From the NCBI RefSeq assembly GCF_006345805.1, contig NC_043017.1, positions 22,754,001-22,818,000 of the forward strand: a stretch of 64,000 nucleotides of DNA. The letters run 5' to 3'. A program made the position numbers and the translations under genes. This document shows, piece after piece, positions 23,831 to 34,329 of this stretch. The first letter of the stretch is position 1; every line of letters starts with the position of its first letter. Origin of the DNA: Octopus sinensis (taxonomy: Eukaryota). The notes below the pieces were generated by a model. The model was not told where the DNA came from and searched no databases. It saw only the letters and a program-made list of their open reading frames with translations.

Positions 23831-24603
23831 GGCGGCGAGCTAGCAGAAACGGGCGAAGTGCTTAGCGGTATTTCGTCTGCCGCTACGTTCTGAGTTCAAA
23901 TTCCGCCGAGATCGACTTTGCCTTTCATCCTTTCGGGGTCGATAAATTAAGTACCAGTTATGCACTGGGGTCGATGTAATCGACTTAATACCTATGTCTG
24001 TCCTTGTTTGTCCCCTCTGTGTTTAGCCCCTTGTGGGTAATAAAGAAATAGATATTTCGTCTGCCGCTACGTTCTGAGTTCAAATTCCGCCGAGGTCGAC
24101 TTTACCTTTCATCCTTTCGGGGGTCGATAAATTAAGTACCAGTTACACACTGGGGTCGATGTAATCGACTTAATCCGTCTGTCTGTCCTTGTTTGTCCCC
24201 TCTGTGTTTAGCCCCTTGTGGGTAGTAAACAAAGGGGTATTTCGTCTGCAATTACGTTCTGAGTTCAAATTCCGCCGAGGTCGACTTTGCCTTTCATCCT
24301 TTCGGGGTCGATAAATTAAGTACCAGTTACACACTGAGGTCGATGTAATCGACTTAATCCGTTTATCTGTTCTTGTTTGTCCCCTCTGTGTTTAGCCCCT
24401 TGTGGGTAGTAAAGAAATAGGTATTTCGTCAGCAATTACGTTCTGAATTCAAATTCCGCCGAGATCGACTTTGCCTTTCATCCTTTCGGGAGTCGATAAA
24501 TTAAGTACCAGTTACACACTGGGGTCAATGTAATCGACTTAATCCATTTGTCTGTCCTTGTTTGTGCCCTCTGTGTTTAGCCCCTTGTGGGCAATAAAGA
24601 AAT
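23831..24603 (+). mobile_element. SINE B tandem tetramer with 13 bp TSD
   Basis: AGCATACCTATGA at 23818-23830 and 24604-24616; units start at 23831, about 24052, about 24237 and 24421. Confidence 0.92.
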
Positions 24604-25264
24604 AGCATACCTATGAACAAAGACACTCAAGCTATAACCATCTCATTTTTCAAGACAGTAGTTGTCGATATTCTATGTTCTTTCATTTTTAAGATGATGG
24701 AGCATGATTTGAAGGATATTTCGCTGCATTTTCAAGCAGAACAAGCAACCACATTGAGATTCCTTACGCTGTTTGAATGAACGCAATTTTCGCACTTGGC
24801 GACTGTTATCCGGAGTCGGATGAGTGCGGGGGAGGAAGACGTTTATAATTGCATGTGTGCGTGCGTGCGTGCGAAGAATGGCATTAGTAGCGGGTGCTGA
24901 TTATATCGATCTATGATGAACTCAAAATATAAAGAAACGGAAGTAAAAAAATGTTGTAAAACACAACCTTTTCTGCCAAACTCACTAGTTATACCGCTTA
25001 AGTAGGTTCACCGTAATTGTGCTAATAGCCAGCTTTCTATATATTATATCCTATTGATTTCACCAACCAAATCTAACTTAACTTTAGAAATATGAAATTA
25101 CCTTTTTTTTACAAGTGATATTGTTATATTTCTAATAGAAAATTTAATATTTTTTAAAAGATTGTTTTAAAATTTTATTATTTTTACCCCGTTAGAAGAG
25201 ATGTACCAATTTTTAAATTTCTTATAGTCTTAATTGCTTCGCAAAGATACAATAAATTAATGAT

Positions 25265-25471
25265 TACTCTTTTACTTATTTCAGTCATTTGACTGAGGCC
25301 ATGCTGGAGCACCGCCTTTAGTCGAGCAAATCGACCCCAGGAGTTATTCTTTGGAAGCCTAGTACTTATTCTATCGGTCTCTTTTGCCGAACCGCTAAGT
25401 TACGGGGACGTAAGCACACCAGTATCAGTTGTCAAGTGATGTTGGGTGGACAAACACAGACACACAAGCAT

Positions 25472-25502
<31 letters not shown>

Positions 25503-25665
25503 CGATGGGCTTCTTTCAGTTTCCGTCTACCAAATCCACTCACGAGGCTTTGGTCGGCCTGAGGCTATAGTAGAAGACACTTGCCCAAGGTGTCACGCAG
25601 TGGGACTGAACCCGGAACCATGTGGTTGGTAAGCAAGCTACTTACCACACAGCCACTCCTGCGCC
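25265..25665 (-). mobile_element. SINE family A, full length
   Basis: Matches the other A copies end to end. Confidence 0.9.
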
Positions 25666-26047
25666 TAATTCACTATTTAGATTAACTCGATTATGTCGTC
25701 AATAATATTAATCCCTGCGGATGGTAGGTAGTAGAACGCTGGACTGAGTTTCTTGGCGTTCTGAGTTCAACCCTAGCCGAGTCTATTTTACCTTCCAGCC
25801 CCAACCCTTTCGCGAATCAATAGAATTAATACTTATATATATATATACGGACATCAATTCAATTGGTTGTATATCTCCCATGGAAATCTGCAGAGCTGCA
25901 ATGCTAGAAATCAATAAAAATCGATATTTAAGATATTTGAACTTCGAACATTGGTGCAAAACATTGGTGTGAGTAGTGGATGCCTCAATGCTGTTTCACA
26001 ACCGCCGTTTGTCTGTCCGAGAGCTGCACACTGAGGTTATCATTCGG

Positions 26048-26048
26048 C

Positions 26049-26085
<37 letters not shown>

Positions 26086-26223
26086 CTTTATTATTATTAT
26101 TTTTTATTATTATTATTTTTATTATTTTTATTATTATTATTATTATTTTTATTATTATTATTATTTTTATTTTTATTATTATTATTATTATTTTTATTAT
26201 TATTATTATTATTATTATTTTTA

Positions 26224-26255
<32 letters not shown>
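26048..26255. repeat. (ATT)n microsatellite with T-run interruptions
   Basis: Low-complexity tract; source of I/Y/F-rich spurious ORFs. Confidence 0.95.
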
Positions 26256-26322
26256 TCTTTGGCGTCATAAGCCGTTCACTATTTATGCAAACAGAAAAAT
26301 CGCATTACATTAGGCATGGATA

Positions 26323-26506
26323 CAGGCCCTTCGCCAGATTTTGGTGTCTGGGTGTGCTTCAGGATATCCTTGGTGGGCACTAATTTGTAATGGTGCTAAA
26401 ATGGAGTTTCGAAATAAGTGTATCACTGTAAATCTGAGGATGCACCATTGGATAATAAGTTTGAGGGGGGAGTGTAGTCTAGTGTACACCCTTAGCGACG
26501 GGGGTG
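26323..26506. mobile_element. Possible small hAT-like MITE
   Basis: Weak TIR CAGGCCCTTCGCCA / TAGCGACGGGGGTG; 8 bp TSD CATGGATA / CATAGATA. Confidence 0.4.
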
Positions 26507-26589
26507 CATAGATAACAAACAACACTCGGAGCGCCTTCTGCCCTTTCTGGGGTTTTTTTTTAATAACACACGAAATGTCATGATTAAAT

Positions 26590-27575
26590 AAACTTGATTT
26601 GTGACATAGATCTGACTTTCAATTAGAACAACTGAAAGGAAATCAACATGAGTGTGCTAAGAAGATAGTACAAAAACTAAAAAATGGCGCTCATAAGAGT
26701 TTTTTTGCTGATGTTGCGAAATGTGCCATCAAGTAGTGTGGACTGATGGCGGTCCATCCGAGCGACGCTTTATGGGAGCCCCACTTATAAGTCTTATGTA
26801 TAAGCATATATAAAGAAATGCTGTTCACAGAGAAATTGTCGCTTGATTCAAAGGGTTTAACTATTTTTCACATTCTCAAGTCTTTCCTTTTTGAACATAA
26901 TATCCCACTTAGTAATATTCTTGCCTGTGCGTCTGATGGGGCCCCTTCGATGATGGGAAGATAAAGACGTTTTTCATCTCTCCTAAAGCGTGACATTTCC
27001 AACCAGATACTAACTGTTCATTGCTTGGCACACCGACAGCATTTAGTGGCAAAAAATATGAACAGCAGATTGAATGATGTGCTACAGTTAGTTACCAAGA
27101 CTGTGAACAAATTGAACTCCAGTCGCTTGTCTGATCGAATTTTCTGTCAATTCTGTCAGAGAAATGATGATGACCATACTAAACTCTTATACTATACCGA
27201 AGTGTGGTGGCTGTCGAAAGAAAACTGTGTTTTACGCTTTGTTGAACTGTTTTATATATCTTTTTCTTTGAAGATACTCCACTATCCGCTTCACTGATGG
27301 CTGCAAGGTGCGATATCTTTTTTCTTTGTGATATATTCACAAAAATTAAATGATTTGAATAAGTTATTGCAAGGAAGCAGAAAAACTCTCGTTGATTGTA
27401 AATCATTTATCACTACCTTCATTTCGAAACTGGTGGTGTTTAAGACTAACATTTCAAAACGCCAATTCCATCAAATTCCACAATTTGATTCTTTGAAAGA
27501 TGAATTGGTTGATGAGGATTTAACATGTCGCAACTATTCACAATCATTGCACGATAACATCGTGGAGCGATTTTA
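26590..27575 (+). mobile_element. Decayed hAT (Buster/Charlie-like) transposase
   Basis: ACASDGAPSMMG, HCLAHRQHLVAK, LLYYTEVWWLSK..RFVEL motifs with stops and frameshifts. Confidence 0.88.
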
Positions 27576-28875
27576 AGATGTTGCGCTGTAGGACAGATCT
27601 GGCCATCAGCCACGTCCATCGTGAAGATCGTGAAGACCGTAAAGATCGGCTCGCCGTCCTCATTTGCATGAAATTTTCCTCTCTGGTGACAATAGCGAGC
27701 AAAGGACCTGATAAATGCATACTTTCCTCTTTGATCAGGCCGTCAATAACTTTTTGAAGTTTCTCTTAGACAAGAGGGTGAGTGAAGAGGCAAGTGCTAT
27801 TTAGGCAAAAATGGTAGAAGTATATGGAATATTTAATAAGCATTTGTAGGTTGGAGATAAAATGTTGAGAGAAGTGTGGATTCTTTATTGTAACATCAGT
27901 GAAGATTCTTTATTGGGCCTAACTGGACATCTTCGTATATCAGTCGGATTGTATCATCAGTGTATTTGAATATTGTGTGTAGTTTAATTTTTTAACTCAT
28001 TCAGTTTTTTCCTACATCCGATTTCATGTATATTCCCACTCACATCTTATGTAACCTATCTTGTGATGTCCCCCTTTCATCCGATGCTTTCTAGCAAATT
28101 AATATTGATGCAACATGTTTGTAGAATCGTTAGCACGCCGAACAAAATGTTTGGCAGCATTTCTTCCAACTCTTTACGTTCTGAGTTTAAATTCCACCGA
28201 GATCGACTTAGCCTTTCATCCTTTCGGAATGAATACTGGGGCTGATATAATCGACAAACATTCTACCCACTAGCGTAGCTAGAGTATGTGCCGCCCGGGG
28301 GGCGGGCCCTCAATTTGCCGCCCCTGGACCCCACAAAAAAAAAACAAAATAACATTGCCTACCGCAGACTCAAAAGTACCACCCCTACCGAAAGCTACTC
28401 TGGTGATTCTACCCGGAAAAAAAATTGCTAGCCTTGTGTCAAAATCAGAGCAGATTAATATTATTATAAATGTTGTTGTTGTTGTTAGAAGATGATGACA
28501 GGATCGTTAGGATGTCGGAGAAAATATATTCCGAGTTCAAATCCAGCTGAGACCAACTTTACTTTGCATTACTCGAATATCGATAAAATAAAACTAATCA
28601 AGTACTGGGTGTTGATGGTATTGACTAACTCTTTCCCTCCAAATTTCCTCGTCGTGTACCTTAAAACCAATCAGTATAACTGTTTCTCTGAAATATAAAA
28701 CTTGAGCATTAATTAAAGTGAAACCCCGTTAAGTCTCTTCGTGGTTGCAAAAATCTTATTGTCCTTAAACGTTTAATAAAATTCAGATATCATAATTTTA
28801 TTAGTGACAGAAGGAGTGTTAATACGAAAAGGTAATCTTTATATCCAACTGAGCATGGGTGTCTTGTTATATACG

Positions 28876-29111
28876 GTAAGGCGGCAAGCTGGAAGAAACG
28901 TTAGCACGCCGGGCAAAATGCTTAGCGGTATTTCGTCTGCAATTACGTTCTGAGTTCAAATTCCGCCGAGGTCGACTTTGCCTTTCATCCTTTCGGGGTC
29001 GATAAATTAAGTACCAGTTACGCACTGGGGTCGATGTAATCGACTTAATACCTATGTCTGTCCTTGTTTGTCCCCTCTACGTTTAGCCCCTTGTGGGTAA
29101 TAAAGAAATAG
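28876..29111 (+). mobile_element. SINE family B monomer with TSD
   Basis: Full head to AAAGAAATAG; TSD GTGTCTTGTTATA / GTATCTTGTTATA. Confidence 0.9.
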
Positions 29112-29944
29112 GTATCTTGTTATAACACCGAATACTGCGTTATTAGCTTTGAGAGGTGTTTTCATATCGGCGCTTGGTGCCTAAAAGTGTGTATTTTTAT
29201 GCACGAAGTGTCTCTATGAGATGCCAGCAGTTTTTTTTTTTGGGGGGGGGGGAGATGTAAGTCGATTATATCGATCCCAATGCTCACCCCGAAAGGATGA
29301 AAGGCCAAGTCGACATCGGCAGAATTTGAACTCAGAATGTTGAGTCGGAAGAAATGACGCTAAGCGTTTTGTTCGGCAGTCTAATAACATAGTATTCAAT
29401 ATTCTAACAAGACATCCATATAAAGATTACCTATTATAACAATTTATTTGTGGTGCCATAGTAACCGATGCCAATTTTGGATTGATTGATAGTTTTACAT
29501 TTTATCTTCATTATTTTCGCTTAGAGGTCATTCCGGAATTCGTAAACAAAAACGAATAAATAAAATGTAAATTTTCTTCCTTTACTGTACCCAGTGACCT
29601 AAACGCAACCCCTACCTCGTAAAATTTCTGTTTGTTGAAAATTCAAAAAAAAGGTCAGCGAGTTCGTCTGTTTCAACATTTATCAAACTTCCTCTTCTAT
29701 ATTAAGTGGAGGAGGGAGAGGAGGAGTAACACTGAGCTGCAAGTGTTGTTTCCTTTACGTTGTACTTTATGTGTGCATTTGAATGTCAATGACAACACAC
29801 AAGAATCAAAGACAAAATGATTGTATTGATTTTAAAGGATTGAACGAAAAACACAATTCCTTTTAGTCTTTCACTGGTTCCACCACCGGACTACGGTTGT
29901 GTAGGGCACTGCTTCAAAGATCTCCGCCTCCCACTGATCACATC

Positions 29945-30335
29945 TCTTTTACTCTTTTACTTGTTTTAGTCATTTGACTGTGGCCATGCTGGAACACCGC
30001 CTTTACTCGTGCAAATCAACCGCAGGACTTATTCTTTGTATGTCTAGTACTTATTCTATCAGTCTATTTTGTTGAGCTGTTAAGTTACAGGGTCATAAAT
30101 ACACCAGCATTGATTGTCAAGCGATGTTGGGAAGACAAACACTGACACACACATACACAGACATATATATATATATATATATATATACACGACAGGCTTC
30201 TTTCAGTTTCTGCCTACCAAATCCACTCCCAAGGCTTTGGTTGTCCTGAGGCTATAGTAGGAGACACTTGCCCAAGGTGCCACACAGCAGGACTGAACCC
30301 AGAACCATGTAGTTGGTAAACAAGCTACTTAACAC
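29945..30335 (-). mobile_element. SINE family A
   Basis: Diverged near-full-length copy. Confidence 0.85.
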
Positions 30336-31361
30336 TGAATAAAATATTTATTTCAGCCAGGGACTTATTGTATTGATTGCAATTTAATGCAACTTTTTTT
30401 TTCTGACAACGGTCTTTTTATCCCTTTCTGATGTAGCCTTGAGACATTGACCAGCATGAACCTTGTTGTAGCCATCAGGATCTTTCAGAAAGTTCACCAC
30501 TGGCATTCTGCTTCACCAAATCACAGCAATATTCCAGTTATTCATTCCTTCCACTTTCAGTGAAAAAATCTTCCCTTGTTCAATTTTGGAAAACTTTGTA
30601 GTTTTTGGCATAGGGGAAATGTAATTTGGATCACAGAGAATACGATTGAGTCAAATATTTTCTGAAACAATCTGGAAAGAATTGAAAATGTGTTAGTGGC
30701 TTTACAGTTTTGAAGTGTTGATATGCAAGGAAAAATTGGAGAATCAGATGTCGTAATGTGATAATAAAGGTACAAGGTTTACATTTCAAAGTATTCACAA
30801 AATACTTATTTACCATATATTATTGCCCTTTGGTTCACTTAAATACAAAGCTAAATTTCTAAATAACTTTAAAAAAACATGTGGCTTTATAGTTTTGAAT
30901 AGTAATTCATATAATTTTCTACATTTAAACAAGATGATCCATGTTTTCCCTATCATTGAATGTTGTGAACATTTAAATCATATTAGATATTATTGAATTT
31001 TGACTCAGTATGACCAAATCTTTGATGATCCACATTTCTTATTGATCACTTCTAACGCTATTGAATTTTGTGTATTTAAACAAGGTGATCCACATCTTTT
31101 ATATTATTGAATGCTATGAACATTTAAATGATATTTCATATTATTGAAACTTGTAAACATTGAATCTTTTAAACATGTTTTTCTAATTCATAATTTTAAA
31201 TTTTTACCATTGATAAACAAAAAATATTGTTAAAACTAGTTTGGTATGTATGTATGAAAATAAATTTATTTAAAAACAATTACAAGTTTTTCAAATTTAG
31301 TGTATTTTCAACAACAACTTTTCCTACATTTACCTCTTTTGTTTTATATATATATATATAT

Positions 31362-31415
<54 letters not shown>

Positions 31416-31808
31416 CTATATATATATCATCATCATCATCGTTTAACGTCCAGTTTCCATATTGGCATGGGATGGATGGTTTGATTGAGGATTGGCAAAC
31501 CAGAATGCTGCATGTGTGTGCTAAGGCTTAGAAAACTGAATTTAATGTTATAGAAACACACAGAACAGTGACTATTAAAACAGAATAAAGATATGTACAT
31601 TGACTTTTAACACATTCCCGGACACGAGAATATGAAGAACATTCCCTGCAGAATTCTGTCTTGGAGAAAAATCTCTCTATATATATAGACTTTATATGTA
31701 ACTTCGAATGACCAAGAAGGTGAAATCAAGCCAAAGTACTATGTCTGGTAGTCTACTGACTTTTTTTGAAATTCTGTTCAGTGTGGTTTTTGCACACAAA
31801 GTCTAGCC

Positions 31809-31996
31809 GTATTTCATCTGCCGCTACGTTCTGAGTTCAAATTCCGCCAAGGTCGACTTTGCCTTTCCATCCTTTCGGGGTCGATAAATTAAGTACCAGT
31901 TGCACACTGGGGCCGATGTAATCGACTTGATCCGGTTGTCTGTTCTTGTTTGTCCCCTCTGTGTTTAGCCCCTTGTGGGTAGTAAAGAAATAGGTA
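31809..31996 (+). mobile_element. Headless SINE B unit
   Basis: Starts at GTATTTCATCTGCC, the same point as the internal array units. Confidence 0.85.
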
Positions 31997-32405
31997 TGTG
32001 TGTGTGTGCAGTGCTCAGCCACTTGCACATTAATTTTATGAGCAGTCTGTTCTGTTGATTAGACCAACTGGAGCCCTTGTCAACCTAGCTGACTGAGGGC
32101 CAGTTAATAGAGCTTGCTCTGAAAATAACAGAAAACACTTTACAGAAAATTATCTGCCATCATCCTCATCAGTATTAGTGTTAAGATTAAAGAAGCAATA
32201 ATGCCAGTGACTGGCAGAGTTGTTACTGTGCCAGGCAAAATGCTTTGTGGCATTTTGTCTGTTTTTAACCGTCTCTTTATCCTTTCGGGGTCGATAAAAT
32301 AAGTACCAGTAGAATATTGGGGTCAATGTAATTGGCTTAACCCCCTTTCTGAACTTGCTGGCCTTGTGCCAAAATTTGAAATCAGTACTAAAGATACAAT
32401 AATAA

Positions 32406-32708
32406 CATCATCATCATCATCATTTAACGCCCGCTTTCCATGCTAGCATGGGTTGGACGATTTGACTGAGGTCTGGCGAACCAGACTCCAATCTGATCTG
32501 GCAGAGTTTCTACAGCTGGATGCCCTTCCTAACGCCAACCACTCCAAGAGTGTAGTGGGTGTTTTTACGTGCCACCGGCATGAGGGCCAGTTTGGTGGTA
32601 CTGGCAACGGCCATGCCCAAATGGTGCTTTTTACGTGCCACCTGCACAGGAGCCAGTCCAGCAGCACTGGCGACGACCTTGCTCGAATGTTTCACATGCC
32701 ACCAGCAT
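32406..32708 (-). mobile_element. Family C retroposon
   Basis: (CAT)n tail, core motif and two partial internal repeat units. Confidence 0.85.
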
Positions 32709-32897
32709 AATTAGTAAAGTGCCATACAAAATATCTTATAGTATTTATTTACTTCACTTCGGAGATGTACTCGCATAGCAAGTGATTTGACCTGAGATCG
32801 TGAGCTGGAACGAAAACAATTGCAGCGTGGAAGGTGTTTGTAAGCCATTTAAGAAACACACAAAAGCTGTTCGATTCACTTCAACATTTAAGTTTAA

Positions 32898-32947
32898 TTT
32901 GTCAAAATATTTTCGTCGCTAAAATCCGCGACCTGTTCACTGACAAA
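32898..32947 (-). ncRNA. Putative minimal type I hammerhead ribozyme, G3-C8 variant (inverted copy)
   Basis: Minus strand reads TTTGTCA GTGAACA G GTCGC GGATTTTA GCGAC GAAA ATATTT TGACAAA, with a perfect 5 bp stem II. Confidence 0.55.
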
Positions 32948-32969
32948 AATCCATGCTGCATCACGGATT

Positions 32970-33020
32970 TTTGTCAGTGAACAGGTCGCGGTCTTAAAGT
33001 GACGAAAATATTTTGACAAA
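32970..33020 (+). ncRNA. Putative minimal type I hammerhead ribozyme, G3-C8 variant
   Basis: Stem I TTTGTCA/TGACAAA, core GTGAACA, stem II GTCGC/GTGAC, GAAA, palindromic AAAATATTTT in place of stem III. Confidence 0.55.
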
Positions 33021-34329
33021 TTAAACTTAAATGTTGAAGTGAATCGAACGGCTTTTGTGTGTTTCTTAAATGGCTTACAAACACCTTCCACGCTGCAATT
33101 GTTTACTTCACTCCATTTTCTGAGTTCAAATCCCACCATAATCTTCTCTCTGGGTCAATAGAACATAGAATAATACAAGTGCTAGAGTCAATTAAATCGA
33201 CTGTTTTTCTTGCAAGATTATTGGCCTTATACCAATATTTAAGCTGGAAAATAAATAGTGCTTGTGATATATGTTATTTTGAGAACATTCAACGATTATA
33301 GTGTACAGCATAACATTTGTCTGTCTCAGGTTTCAATAATTTCAATTTAAATGGTAATACAGCATATGTAGAAACCAAACTTGAATCATCATTTTTTTCT
33401 TTCTTCTTTCAATATCAACATGTCCAGCTTCAATAATCCATTTCCAATATGTCTGATTTATATACATTGTAAGAATTCAGAATAAATTTTGTGGTAGTCT
33501 TCAAAAGAAAGAATATATTAAATACTACTTTGGTAGCATCTGTTAGTTATTGAATATTGCTTTTCCTCACATTCTAGAAATAGCTTTGCTCTCATAAAAA
33601 AATATCAGTTCAATAAAAAAAAAAAATATTCCATCAATTAGGATTACATGTTATTTGTTCATTTCTTTAGATTTTATCATGTTATAACCAGGGTGAGGTG
33701 CCTGAGGTTCTTTCCAGATATTGAGGACTATTCAATGAACTTCATATGATCATGCTATTTTATCATAGATTCTTGTGTACATTGGTTGTATTTGAATATC
33801 ATTTTGCACATTAGGCAGAATGGCCCATGCTTTATCCCAGAGGAAGTGATATCCCAATTACACAAAGCAGCAGAGATATCGATTTCTCTGTTAGTATAAT
33901 GCAAATTTTGTTTATTACAGGATTCAAACTCAGCACCCTAACTCTAACCCTTTTCTTACTAACCAGTCTGAGACTGGCCCTGGTTCTATCTTACAAACTT
34001 CTCGTCCTTAAACAGGTTTTAGGACCAACCTTCTGAGTTCTTTTACAGGGCTTAGAAGAACTGAAGGACAGCTGCACTAAGTGTGTGAATCTGAAAGGGG
34101 AACATGTTGCATAAAATCATAATTAACAGATCCTCCTGTATTTTCTTTGACCCAAGGCCAAGAGCTTTCCAGTGCACCCCCCCCCCTCGTATGCATATAA
34201 AGATGCATGTCTGCACAAATATAAGTGAGCATGCGTACACACAAGCACCAAAGTACAAACAGGTGGGTGTAATGAGAATACTAAGTACTAAAAATAGCAT
34301 GAAATATTTGATTTATTTGAAGAGGAAAA

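Larger units (their letters stand above)
32759..33104. mobile_element. Penelope-like fold-back insertion (arms 32814-32952 and 32965-33104)
   Basis: Arms of about 140 bp, highly similar, with a 12 nt loop; TTTACTTCACT duplicated at 32748 and 33102; a hammerhead-like fold in each arm. The Penelope assignment is inferred. Confidence 0.7.

Noticed and set aside
20049-24603. Inverted SINE B arrays as TIRs or LTRs of a composite element around Gypsy pol
   Set aside because: Each array has its own TSD, so they are independent insertions.
25965-26045. Mariner-like HTH fragment (NRRLSVREL), and mariner ends at 39395-39690
   Set aside because: Too short and decayed to delimit as elements.
30901-31150. 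Degenerate 170 bp periodicity
   Set aside because: Only two diverged AT-rich copies; no further structure seen.
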